From an uncultured Bacilli bacterium (GTDB lineage: Bacteria; Bacillota_I; Bacilli_A; RF39; UBA660), in the NCBI GenBank assembly GCA_934101865.1, contig CAKOSA010000003.1, positions 4,940-68,939 on the forward strand: 64,000 nt of DNA, read 5' to 3'. Each line of letters opens with the position of its first letter. Position 1 is the stretch's first letter. Below are positions 40,830-50,185 of the stretch, piece after piece. The position numbers were made by a program, and so were the translations under genes. Below the pieces are notes generated by a model, which was given only the letters and a program-made list of their open reading frames with translations, had not been told where the DNA came from and made no database searches.

Positions 40830-42593
40830 TTATATTTTTTTAAGGCTTTCAATAAAATTATCAACAATATCACTTGGTAATATTTCTTTTAATTCTTCTT
40901 TACTTGCCTCTTTCATTTTTGTTATTGTTTTATATTTTTTTAATAATTTGTTTTTTCTGACTTCCCCTACTCCATCTATATTATCTAATATACTAGCAAG
41001 AGATGATGTACTACGAATACTTCGATGATAGGAAATGGTATAGTTATGTACCTCATCCTGCATTCTTGTTAATAAAAGGAATAGCTCACTAGTTTTATTT
41101 ATGGGTATTTCTTCAAGGGGATAGTTTCCTAATAAGGAAGATGTGGAGTGTTTATCGTCCTTTTTTAATCCTGCTACGGGAATTGATAAGCCTAGACTTG
41201 TTATTACTTCTCTAGCAACATTTATCTGCCCTACTCCACCGTCTACTATTATAAGATCAGGAAATGGTTCATTATCTTTTAAAAGACGAAAATATCTTCT
41301 ATATATTACTTCTTTCATTGTATTATAGTCATCTGTCATATCACTTGTTATTTTGTATTTTCGATAATCGTTTTTACTTGGTTTACCATCAATAAAGACG
41401 ACCATACCGGAAACGTTGAAGGTTCCAAATAGATTAGAGTTATCAAATAGTTCTATTTTACTTAGTTTTGGTAAATGTAATAGTTGGCTTAATTCTTCCA
41501 TTCCAGCTAGGGCTTTATCGTCATCTTTTTTTATTATTGTTATTTGCTCATCAAAATAGTTTTTGGCATTTTCGTAAGCAAGTTCTAATATATTTTTTTT
41601 ACGGCCTTTTTGGGGTATTATGAACTTTACATCAAGGGCTTGTTCTAATAGGTTAGTATCTTGATTAGAGGGAACAAGGACTTCTTTGGGATATATGGTA
41701 TGTTTTTGATAAAATGTTGTTATATATGATGATAGGGATTCTTCGGGGCTGTCTATAAGGGGAAAAATTATATTTTTTCTGTCTAAAAGTTTACCTCCAC
41801 GAATAAAGAGATGACTTATGCTCATATAGTTGTTATCGGTATAGTAATTGATTATATCGCGGTTGTAGTTATCATCAAGTTCTACTTTTTGTTTTTCTAG
41901 GGTAATACTTATATAGTCTAAGAGTTCCTTGTATTCTTGGGCTTTTTCATAATTCATATTTTCAGAACATAAATACATTTTTTCTTTTAATTTGTTTGTT
42001 ATAATGGAATGGTTACCGTTTAAAAAAGATATTATTTCATTTTTCATTGTAATTATTTCTTTTTCGTCGACACTATGTGTGCAATAACCTAGACATTCGT
42101 TTAGATGATAATAGAGGCATTCTTTTTTGGAATATGTTTTGCATTTTCGTAAGGGATATAGTCTATTTATGATTTCAACGGTTTTTCGTGCTGCGGTTAC
42201 ATTGGGATAGGGGCCAAATAATTTACGATTTTTATTTTTTTTGATATGGGGATTTCTTACTATTAATAGTCTTGGAACTTTTTCGTTAGTTAATTCTATA
42301 TATGGATATGTTTTATCATCTCTTAAAAGGATATTATACTTTGGGTTATATTTTTTTATTAGATTTATTTCTAAAAGTAGTGCTTCTAACTCTGATGATG
42401 TTAAAATGTATTCAAAATCGTATATATTTTCTACTAATATTTTTGTTTTACCACTATGGGTCTGATGGAAATAGGATGTTAAGCGGTTTTTTAGATTTTT
42501 GCTTTTTCCTACATATATTATATATCCGTTTTTATCCTTCATTAAATAGCACCCCGGTGTGTGGGGTACTAGGGATAATTTTTCTTTTATCAT
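40830..42593 (-). CDS. uvrC: Excinuclease ABC subunit C
   Basis: 587 aa. GIY-YIG N-terminus (GCYLMKD..IIYVGKSKNLKNR), UVR domain, C-terminal HhH. Confidence 0.95.
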   Translation of the reverse strand: MIKEKLSLVPHTPGCYLMKDKNGYIIYVGKSKNLKNRLTSYFHQTHSGKTKILVENIYDFEYILTSSELEALLLEINLIKKYNPKYNILLRDDKTYPYIELTNEKVPRLLIVRNPHIKKNKNRKLFGPYPNVTAARKTVEIINRLYPLRKCKTYSKKECLYYHLNECLGYCTHSVDEKEIITMKNEIISFLNGNHSIITNKLKEKMYLCSENMNYEKAQEYKELLDYISITLEKQKVELDDNYNRDIINYYTDNNYMSISHLFIRGGKLLDRKNIIFPLIDSPEESLSSYITTFYQKHTIYPKEVLVPSNQDTNLLEQALDVKFIIPQKGRKKNILELAYENAKNYFDEQITIIKKDDDKALAGMEELSQLLHLPKLSKIELFDNSNLFGTFNVSGMVVFIDGKPSKNDYRKYKITSDMTDDYNTMKEVIYRRYFRLLKDNEPFPDLIIVDGGVGQINVAREVITSLGLSIPVAGLKKDDKHSTSSLLGNYPLEEIPINKTSELFLLLTRMQDEVHNYTISYHRSIRSTSSLASILDNIDGVGEVRKNKLLKKYKTITKMKEASKEELKEILPSDIVDNFIESLKKI

Positions 42594-42605
42594 TGCTATT
42601 CCTTT

Positions 42606-43664
42606 CTAATTTTTGCTTAATTTTAATACAGGGGCATTTGCTAGTAACAAGCTATTTTTATATTTTTCTAATACAACTGCTGTTATTTTATCATAGTCTA
42701 TTATATAGGTTCCGTTGGGTTTTTCAATTACTATTTTACTTATGGTATCTTTTTGAGTTAGAAATTCTTGCATATATTCTTCCTTGGTATGAAGACTTTG
42801 ATTTGTTATATATATTTTATTTAGTTTGGTTTCATACAGGAATGTTTCTATCTCTTCAATTATGTTATAAATATTTCTACGAACACTATGGTGTAACTCA
42901 CTTTTGTTATAATTACTATATACGTATTCTAAATTGTCTAAAAATATTTTTATATTATCTGATGATGCGTATTTTTCGAGTTCTTTTATAAGTCCATATA
43001 AGTTGGCATTTAAATATAGTTTTTCCATTTTTTCTTGACCAACTATTTCTTCGATTTGACTGGCTACTCTTACCTCATATTTGTAGTATTTGCTTTCGGT
43101 ACTTGGAAAGAAATATCTATTGGTCATAAGTTCTGTGTATCCTTCGTTTAGGGGTTCACCAACATTTGTTCCTCCTTCTAAACGGGATTGAGAAAAACCT
43201 AAAAAACTTACTCTGTTTTCCATATCAAAATTAGAACTTGCTACGTGAAATAATTTATGGTAAATCACTTTATTATAATCTTCTTCTACTAATAGCATTG
43301 AATTACAAGTTGGATAATATTCTCCTAAATTTTTTTTGGTATTTGGTTGATTTTGAGATACTTGTTGAAACCTTTTCTTGGATATTATTTTTATATCAAT
43401 GCTATCCATATTGTTATAAAATCTTGTTAAATCTTCGGGACTAAAATGAGTGGTTAAAACTTCAATAAATTTTTCAATATTATCACTATAATCTTCTTCT
43501 AGTAGTGAATCTATATTCATTTCTTCTTCGGTAATATTTTCTTCTGGGGTTGTAGTTGTTAAAATTGGTGGCATTTCTTCTAAAACATAGTTTTGGGGAA
43601 GATTGTTTTTATTTATAAATTTTATTTTTATTTTTTCTATTATTTTTGTTATTATATTTTCCAT
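42606..43664 (-). CDS. Hypothetical cytoplasmic protein with a degenerate gluzincin-like motif (HKLFH ... NEGYTE)
   Basis: 352 aa. YHKLFH followed 33 residues later by LNEGYTE, i.e. a HExxH...NEGxxE arrangement with Lys in place of the catalytic Glu. Confidence 0.55.
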   Translation of the reverse strand: MENIITKIIEKIKIKFINKNNLPQNYVLEEMPPILTTTTPEENITEEEMNIDSLLEEDYSDNIEKFIEVLTTHFSPEDLTRFYNNMDSIDIKIISKKRFQQVSQNQPNTKKNLGEYYPTCNSMLLVEEDYNKVIYHKLFHVASSNFDMENRVSFLGFSQSRLEGGTNVGEPLNEGYTELMTNRYFFPSTESKYYKYEVRVASQIEEIVGQEKMEKLYLNANLYGLIKELEKYASSDNIKIFLDNLEYVYSNYNKSELHHSVRRNIYNIIEEIETFLYETKLNKIYITNQSLHTKEEYMQEFLTQKDTISKIVIEKPNGTYIIDYDKITAVVLEKYKNSLLLANAPVLKLSKN

Positions 43665-43696
43665 ATTATCACTTTTTCCTTTCTGTTTTTATTTTG

Positions 43697-43765
43697 TTAA
43701 GAGTGATATATGGAGGAATGTCCACTTGATGGGAACATTTTTGTTTCATACACTGCTTTTTTCAT
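43697..43765 (-). CDS. Unlisted 22-codon sORF (MKKAVYETKMFPSSGHSSIYHS)
   Basis: ATG preceded by AGGAGGG with a 7-nt spacer. TAA stop 32 nt before the ATG of the 352-aa gene. Too short for the 60-aa ORF track. Confidence 0.35.
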   Translation of the reverse strand: MKKAVYETKMFPSSGHSSIYHS

Positions 43766-43830
43766 ATATAAACCCTCCTTTATATATAATATATTTGTTA
43801 TTTGTGAAAGTAGTGTGTGAAATGCTAATT

Positions 43831-44253
43831 TTATTTATTTTTTTCTTTTAAAATATCTCTTATTTCTTTTAATATTTCTGTTTCTTCACTCACAACTTTC
43901 TCTTTCTTTTCTTCTTCTTTTTTACTTACTTTATTTATTAATTTTATAAATATAAATATACAGAATGCTACTATTAAAAAGTCTATTATATTTTGGATGA
44001 ATACACCATACTTAATGGTTGCATCTTTTATTTGAATAGTCAGGTTTGAAAAATCTATCCCTCCTATTATAATTCCGATAATAGGCATTAGAATATCATT
44101 TACAAGGGATGACACTATTTTTCCAAAAGCACTACCGATTATTACACCGACAGCTAAATCTACGACATTCCCTTTTGATATAAAGGTTTTGAATTCTTTT
44201 AGAGTTTTTGTTCCTTTGGTTATTATTTCTTTTTTATCTACTTTTTTGTTCAT
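43831..44253 (-). CDS. mscL: Large-conductance mechanosensitive channel
   Basis: 140 aa. [17 protein letters not shown] and GGIDFSNL MscL motifs, two TM helices. Confidence 0.9.
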   Translation of the reverse strand: MNKKVDKKEIITKGTKTLKEFKTFISKGNVVDLAVGVIIGSAFGKIVSSLVNDILMPIIGIIIGGIDFSNLTIQIKDATIKYGVFIQNIIDFLIVAFCIFIFIKLINKVSKKEEEKKEKVVSEETEILKEIRDILKEKNK

Positions 44254-44375
44254 TTTGTATTTCCTTTCTAAGCTAATGGGCTTGTTTTTTTCTTTACATT
44301 TTGATTATATTATATATATTTTAATTTTTCAAGATAAATTCGAACATTTTTTGATATTTTTTGCAGAAAACCTCG

Positions 44376-44401
44376 AAAAAAGAAGCATTTGAGGGTGCTT
44401 C
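44376..44401 (-). terminator. Rho-independent terminator after the FtsX-type permease gene
   Basis: Minus strand reads GAAGCA-ccctcaaa-TGCTTC followed by TTTTTT. Confidence 0.6.
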
Positions 44402-44402
44402 G

Positions 44403-46766
44403 TTATTCGTTTGATTTCAGACTTGATACCATATCTATTGTTTTTACTTTTTTGGATAGGAACAATGATACTAGATAAGCAACAAGGAATGTGCCAATAG
44501 CTCCTAATAAGTAAGTGGTCCAATTTACATATACGGAAAAGTCATAGCTTTCATCAAGACATTTTTTGAATAACCAGAATATTAAATAGTATCCGGCTGG
44601 AAGTCCTAATATAATGGATATGGTTGTTATCCATATATTTTGATTTATATATATTTTTTGGATTTTTTTATCATCAAAGCCTAATACTTTAAGGGTTGCG
44701 AATTGGTATTTTTTCTCACTATATGATAGTATGCCCATATTGTATATTATAACTGCTCCAAGGAGGCAGGCAAACACTATTATGAGAATAATCATTGTTC
44801 GCATCATTTCTAATAAACTTTGCATATTTTCTTTTAATTCTTTTTTGTCTTGAATTATATCAACTCCACCTAAGTCTTTGGATAATTCTTTATTTGTATA
44901 TAGGGAATCTGGTTTGTATGATAATCCAAGGGCTTCAAAACTAGCTCTAGTTATGGTTAGATTTTGATTTTGGGGATCTTTATTTAGGCCTATTATTTTA
45001 GCGGTTAAATCTTTATTGCTACCATAAATACGGAAAATTATTTCATCCCCTACTTTATAGTTCATTGTTTCGGCTAGTTTTCTTGTTATGTATACTCCGC
45101 CTTCTTCTAATTTGTCTATATATTTATCTTTTTTGTCTTTAAATCTTATTTTATCACCGGCATCAGTTACAAATATATTACTAGTCGTTCTACTGTTATC
45201 TTTACTGGTTATTTCTATATTTATGGTTTCACTAGTACTATCTCCATAAGTTGTTTGAAGATTTTGATATTCCTCTTCGGAAATGTTTTCTTTTAGGGTT
45301 AACTTGTATTTAAAGTTGTATAAGTCATCAAATTGTAACTTGACAAGATGTGTCATACTATTTAGCATTCCAAAAGCACAGACGATAAGGCTACAACAAC
45401 CGAGAACGCCTAAAATGGAAGTAATAGTACGAACTTTATTTTGAAGCATATCCCTTATATTCCAAAGATTTCCGAAAGATAGTTTTGTAAATGGTTTCTT
45501 GGTAGTAATCTTTATTATTTTTTTATTTACCTTCGGTAGGCTTGATCTTAGTGCTTCGGATGGTTTCTTGTTTAATTCTTTGAGACAAGTTAAATATGTT
45601 ATAAATGTTATGATAAGAATTATTATTGCTACCATTATAAAACATTTTTCGTTAATTATGGCGGTACAGTTTGGCATTTCAAAGAAGCTCATTTCAAGAT
45701 TTATAAATATATTTCCTATTATTAATTTACCAAAAATGATACCGAATATAGTCCCTGATAGGGCAACATAAAAGCCATAGCTTACATAATGTAAAATTAT
45801 TTGGGACTTGGGAAATCCGAGAGCACCAAGCGTTCCAATTTGCACTTGTTCGGCAGAGACTAGCCGAATCATTGTTGTTATCATTGTGAGCATTGCGATG
45901 AAGAGAAAGAGGCCGGAAAATACACCGACGTAAGCTTTTCCTTCGTCAATTTCGCCCTGATACATTGCGTAGGACGGAGTGTCTTCTATTTTTACTACGG
46001 CAAGTGCATTATCAACATCGTCTTCAATGGTATTTTTGACGTATTCTACATTTTTTTTATCAATGACATCGACCATTACATAGTTGTAAGGGATGTATTC
46101 TTTGTAGTTATAGTTGGGAATGCTAGCCACAGTCGATATACCGAGTGTTTTTACAACAAGGTCATTTATATAGTCTTCGGGAATTTCATTTACCGACATA
46201 TAGATATATCCGTAGTTTTGACGATCGGGAACTAATTGAGATTTATCTTTGGTATCGTAAACGTGATCGGGAGTATTTATAAAACCTAATATTGGTTCTT
46301 CTAGAACTATGGTATCGTATTTTATTTTGATTGTTTCACCGAGAACGAGATTGTTTTTTTCCGCATAAGTGTTGTCAACCCATACTCCTTTTTTTGATGA
46401 TATAAAGGGAATTCCTTTTATAACGTGAAACCTTGATATGTTATTGGATTCTATAAATGTTACTAGATAGTTTTTGTCCTTATTATCGGCATCGGTAGCA
46501 TTTATTTCCATTTTTCGTTCGGCATTTTTGACGTTATCGAGGTGCTTTATTTTGTCTAAATCGGATTTTTTGAATGATGTACCTAATACGTTTAGGTCTT
46601 GAAGATTGTTTTTGGTATAGAATTTTTCAGAAGCGGTAGACATTCCTGTCATATAGGATTCTATTCCTATGTATACCATTACTCCTATTAAAATCATAAG
46701 GAAGATGGTTATGAACTGTGATTTGTTTTTTATTATATCCCTTATCATTTTTCTTCTTAGCATCAT
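44403..46766 (-). CDS. ABC transporter permease, FtsX/MacB type (two FtsX domains)
   Basis: About 787 aa. Two 4-TM FtsX modules, each preceded by a large extracytoplasmic domain. TAATG overlap with the ATPase gene. Confidence 0.85.
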   Translation of the reverse strand: MMLRRKMIRDIIKNKSQFITIFLMILIGVMVYIGIESYMTGMSTASEKFYTKNNLQDLNVLGTSFKKSDLDKIKHLDNVKNAERKMEINATDADNKDKNYLVTFIESNNISRFHVIKGIPFISSKKGVWVDNTYAEKNNLVLGETIKIKYDTIVLEEPILGFINTPDHVYDTKDKSQLVPDRQNYGYIYMSVNEIPEDYINDLVVKTLGISTVASIPNYNYKEYIPYNYVMVDVIDKKNVEYVKNTIEDDVDNALAVVKIEDTPSYAMYQGEIDEGKAYVGVFSGLFLFIAMLTMITTMIRLVSAEQVQIGTLGALGFPKSQIILHYVSYGFYVALSGTIFGIIFGKLIIGNIFINLEMSFFEMPNCTAIINEKCFIMVAIIILIITFITYLTCLKELNKKPSEALRSSLPKVNKKIIKITTKKPFTKLSFGNLWNIRDMLQNKVRTITSILGVLGCCSLIVCAFGMLNSMTHLVKLQFDDLYNFKYKLTLKENISEEEYQNLQTTYGDSTSETINIEITSKDNSRTTSNIFVTDAGDKIRFKDKKDKYIDKLEEGGVYITRKLAETMNYKVGDEIIFRIYGSNKDLTAKIIGLNKDPQNQNLTITRASFEALGLSYKPDSLYTNKELSKDLGGVDIIQDKKELKENMQSLLEMMRTMIILIIVFACLLGAVIIYNMGILSYSEKKYQFATLKVLGFDDKKIQKIYINQNIWITTISIILGLPAGYYLIFWLFKKCLDESYDFSVYVNWTTYLLGAIGTFLVAYLVSLFLSKKVKTIDMVSSLKSNE

Positions 46767-47467
46767 TACCACACAACCTCATCTATCTTTTTTGGTTTTT
46801 TTCTAACAATATCTTCAACGACTTTACCGTTTTTTAGTTTTATGGTGTGATTGGCTATTTCAGAAATTAAGGCATTGTGGGTTACTATTATGACAGTAGT
46901 TCCTTTTTTAGTACAATCTTTTAATAGTCTTAGTACTTCGGTTCCGGTTTTGGAATCTAGGGCTCCGGTTGGTTCGTCACATAATAGTATTTGTGGATCT
47001 TTGGCAATGGCACGAGCAATTGATACTCTTTGTTGTTCTCCTCCGGATAACTCACTTGGGAATTTGCTTAATTGTTTTTCGAGGCCTACTTCTTTTAATA
47101 TTTCTTTGGCATCTTTGGGTTTATCGACGATGTCGTTTATTAACTCAACGTTCTCTAAAACGGTTAGAGTTGGTAATATATTATAAAACTGAAAGATAAA
47201 ACCTACTTGTTTGGCTCTATATGTTGTGAGCTCTTTATCTTTTAGTTTGGAAATTATTTCATCCCCTACTTTGATAGTTCCACTTGTTACAGTGTCCATA
47301 CCACCAAGGAGGTTTAAAAGGGTTGATTTACCAGCACCTGAGGGGCCTAGAATGCAAACGAATTCTCCTTTATTTATCGAGAGATTTACGCCTCCTAGTG
47401 CACAGTATTTTTTCTCCCCAGTTGTATATATTTTTTTGACATTTTTTAGTGTTATTAATTCTTTCAT
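46766..47467 (-). CDS. ABC transporter ATP-binding protein (MacB/LolD type)
   Basis: Walker A GPSGAGKST, signature LSGGEQQR, Walker B ILLCDEPTG. Confidence 0.9.
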   Translation of the reverse strand: MKELITLKNVKKIYTTGEKKYCALGGVNLSINKGEFVCILGPSGAGKSTLLNLLGGMDTVTSGTIKVGDEIISKLKDKELTTYRAKQVGFIFQFYNILPTLTVLENVELINDIVDKPKDAKEILKEVGLEKQLSKFPSELSGGEQQRVSIARAIAKDPQILLCDEPTGALDSKTGTEVLRLLKDCTKKGTTVIIVTHNALISEIANHTIKLKNGKVVEDIVRKKPKKIDEVVW

Positions 47468-47681
47468 GTTCCTTTTTCCTCTTTTCTATAATGCACTAGC
47501 TTGTACATCTCTTTTTTAATTTATTATACTTATAATTGGTATGATTGTCAATAATTTTTTGATGTTTTTTTATATATTTTTTTACTAGACAGATGTATTA
47601 TTATCATACTTTTTGAGGTTTATGTATAGTTTAGAATAATTATTAATGTTATAATTGATATATTAGTTAGAGGAGGAATTT

Positions 47682-48281
47682 ATGTTTATTGGTGTTTATG
47701 GAGTTAGTGTACTATTTTCGTACTTGGGAATGGTTTTGAATTTTGTTTCTATTTATTTAATGCTTACGGGTAACATTAAACTTAGTATACTTTGCTTTAT
47801 GGGGGTGGCTTTTATTGATATGGTTGATGGAAGAGTTGCTAAAAAGTGTAAAAGAAATGATTTTGAGAAGAGTTTTGGAGAGCAGATTGATACGGTTTTG
47901 GATGTGTTTAATTTTGGGGCTGTTCCTATTATTTTGCTTTATCTAGTTGGCTTTAATGATTTAGTTAGTGTGTTATTTCTTGGTATTTATTTGTTTTGTG
48001 CAACAATGAGACTGGCATATTTTAATACGAGACTTAGTAATGGAGAAGGAAGTAATGTGTATTTGGGATTTCCAGTTACTTCGAGTGGAATTTTTATTCC
48101 TATTATTATTTTAGCTTATTTGCTTACTGATAGTATTTTTGTGGGAAGAGGACTTCTTCTTATTATGAGTTTACTTTTTATACTTAATATTAAGATTGTT
48201 AAGCCTAAGGGAAAATGGTTCTTAGTTCTTATGACTGGTATGGGATTGGTAATTTTTGCTCTTTGTTTTATGCTAATTTAG
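47682..48281 (+). CDS. pssA: CDP-alcohol phosphatidyltransferase family protein (phosphatidylserine synthase-like)
   Basis: 199 aa. DMVDGRVAK..GEQIDTVLD matches DxxDGxxAR..Gx3Dx3D. Polytopic. AGGAGG SD. Confidence 0.6.
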   Translation: MFIGVYGVSVLFSYLGMVLNFVSIYLMLTGNIKLSILCFMGVAFIDMVDGRVAKKCKRNDFEKSFGEQIDTVLDVFNFGAVPIILLYLVGFNDLVSVLFLGIYLFCATMRLAYFNTRLSNGEGSNVYLGFPVTSSGIFIPIIILAYLLTDSIFVGRGLLLIMSLLFILNIKIVKPKGKWFLVLMTGMGLVIFALCFMLI

Positions 48282-48303
48282 AAAAATTGGTAATAGATAG
48301 TTA

Positions 48304-48342
48304 CAGATTTTGAAAAACTGCATCGTTTGGGGTGCAGTTTTT
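48304..48342. terminator. Bidirectional terminator made of the composite palindromic element
   Basis: CAGATTTT-G-AAAAACTGCA-tcgtttgggg-TGCAGTTTTT. A perfect 10-bp stem between convergent genes. Confidence 0.8.
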
Positions 48343-49324
48343 AAGTTTTCGTATACTTCTTGGCAAGGGTTAGGGGCTCACTTGCTACTTCATAGTTTTT
48401 GAGGTAAGCTCGTAAAAAGTATAATTTATCAAGATTATTATTGAATATTTCATCAGCAAGTTCAAGGGCTTGTTCTAAATATATTTGATTATATAAAGCT
48501 ATATTAGCATACCTTAAATTATTTTTAGTTCTTCTTGCTGTAACAATATCCGAATTGTAATTGCTACTACTAGCATATAATAAAAATTTAGTTAAAAAGT
48601 TAATGTTGTTTTGCCATATTACAACGTCAAGGGTAGCATTAGGAGCTCTAAATTCAATAGTATTGTTTTCTTCGTACTCGTAAGATGTTACTCTTTTAAA
48701 GTTTACGCCTTGATATCTTTCGTGAGATATAGTATTTACTAATTCTTTTAAACTGTTATTATTTGGATGCAGTTTTTGAAAATCTGCACTTAATAATCGT
48801 TGAATGGGAAAGGCATATTTTAATATTCTTTCACGTGGTGTTAGATACTCTCCATATAAAAAGCGATATATGACATTTTCATAAGTTATCCAACTTTTTA
48901 GAAAGTTATCCCAAGATTTATAATCTTTTAATATATGGCTACCAATATGAATGTGACCAGCTGAGGAGGGGCCGGCAATAGCACACTCTTTTATGGTATT
49001 ACAAGCTTTGGCTATTTGTTTATAACTGCTTTCTTTATCAGTTAAAACGGGGGAATCTAGTTCGGCTCCGTCATTTAGAGAATAATCATAAGCAAGGGTC
49101 CAAGTTATATCTCGCACTTCTAATAGATTTCTTAATTTATTCATATCAGCGTGTTCGAACTCTATTTCTACTCCGAAAGTTATATCTGGGGGAAGATTTA
49201 GAGTGGTTCGTGGTTCGAGGTAAAGTTTTTCTAATAATATTATCATATCTAATAAGTCACTTGGTGAAAGATTAGACAGAATTTCATTTTCTGTGGGTGG
49301 TAAGTATTTTAGAATTTTGTTCAT
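48341..49324 (-). CDS. Glutamine-synthetase-like amidoligase family protein (Amidoligase_2 type)
   Basis: 327 aa. FGVEIEFEH, ELDSPV, AGHIHIG and TIEFRAPNATLD motifs as described for the putative amidoligase family. Confidence 0.7.
   Translation of the reverse strand: MNKILKYLPPTENEILSNLSPSDLLDMIILLEKLYLEPRTTLNLPPDITFGVEIEFEHADMNKLRNLLEVRDITWTLAYDYSLNDGAELDSPVLTDKESSYKQIAKACNTIKECAIAGPSSAGHIHIGSHILKDYKSWDNFLKSWITYENVIYRFLYGEYLTPRERILKYAFPIQRLLSADFQKLHPNNNSLKELVNTISHERYQGVNFKRVTSYEYEENNTIEFRAPNATLDVVIWQNNINFLTKFLLYASSSNYNSDIVTARRTKNNLRYANIALYNQIYLEQALELADEIFNNNLDKLYFLRAYLKNYEVASEPLTLAKKYTKT
48768..48788. repeat. Full 21-nt palindrome TGCAGTTTTTGAAAATCTGCA inside the amidoligase gene
   Basis: Read directly. 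Encodes ADFQKL on the coding strand. Confidence 0.85.
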
Positions 49325-50163
49325 TTTTTACTCCTTGTTAATCGTTTATAGTTTTCTTCTAATAGTTCGAGTTTAGTCCGAGATGAGAGAATTGATGCTG
49401 ATAAATAGTTATCGTTTATTATATCTATCTTTTCTTTTAGAGTGGGATAATCGTTTATTTCCCTTATTTTGGCGGGTACTATGGATAGTACTATTGTTAG
49501 TATGAGATATAGAATAGTTGTCATATTGTTTACCAAGACGGGTTCTTTTACTATGACATAGTTGTTTTCGTCTTTGGAATATATAAGGGCACGAATTGTG
49601 GGCGGGGATGAGAGTTCTTCTTCGGGTACGATATTTTTTTCTTCGATGAGAGTTTCCGTAGGATCACCTAATAACTCGGAAAGAGTGGCAGTGATTTGGC
49701 CTGATACGATTTTTTCAATTGTGCTAGTGGGTATGTGTTTGATGTCGTATATGTTTACGGTTCGTTTGTAAGTGGTTGCACCTTTTTGCCAAGATGAGTA
49801 ATAGTATATTTTATTTGTACTGTGGTGTTTGTTATGGCTTCGTTCGTATCTTATAATGCCAGTATTATCGATATCTTTGGTTATGTACTCAGGAGTTTTG
49901 ACGTTGTCTCTCATAAAGGGGGTTATATTTAGGAGACTAAAAAGAACTAGGGTGCCTGTACTTATAAGGGTATATGGGGCAATAGTTTCTAGGTTAGCAA
50001 CAAGGATTTTGAGCCGGCGTAAAAGTTTTTGTTTTATCTCTATATATTTGGCGTTATGGATCTGGTACGACAGGGTTCTTATTTCTTCCTCCAAGTTTTT
50101 TATTAATTCTTGTTTTCTTTGCTCTTCTTCCTCGTTTAGGGAGAATTTTGGTTTTGTATTCAT
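49321..50163 (-). CDS. Two-TM membrane protein with N-terminal coiled coil, translationally coupled to the amidoligase
   Basis: 280 aa. Charged coiled-coil N-terminus, hydrophobic helices near residues 63-80 and 215-232 bracketing a ~135-aa domain. ATGA overlap with the next gene. Confidence 0.55.
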   Translation of the reverse strand: MNTKPKFSLNEEEEQRKQELIKNLEEEIRTLSYQIHNAKYIEIKQKLLRRLKILVANLETIAPYTLISTGTLVLFSLLNITPFMRDNVKTPEYITKDIDNTGIIRYERSHNKHHSTNKIYYYSSWQKGATTYKRTVNIYDIKHIPTSTIEKIVSGQITATLSELLGDPTETLIEEKNIVPEEELSSPPTIRALIYSKDENNYVIVKEPVLVNNMTTILYLILTIVLSIVPAKIREINDYPTLKEKIDIINDNYLSASILSSRTKLELLEENYKRLTRSKK

Positions 50164-50185
50164 TTGGCACCTTCTTTGTCAAAAT

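Noticed and set aside
44329-44523. 64-aa minus-strand ORF overlapping the 3' end of the FtsX permease gene and its terminator.
   Set aside because: It is out of frame with, and largely inside, a well-supported gene. It runs through the terminator hairpin and lacks an SD.
48285-48292. AATTGGTA at 48285 and again at 50321 (overlapping the tRNA-Leu 3' end), considered as att-site direct repeats.
   Set aside because: Eight A/T-rich bases can match by chance and no integrase is present. It is kept only as a weak supporting note in the cassette finding.
48304-48322. The palindrome CAGATTTTGAAAAWCTG considered as a CodY box (AATTTTCWGAAAATT), a parS site or a CRP/FNR-type site.
   Set aside because: The central spacing differs: one central base here versus CWG in the CodY box. 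There is no match to parS (TGTTNCACGTGAAACA) or to TGTGA-N6-TCACA. Intragenic in-frame copies also fit poorly with a simple operator.
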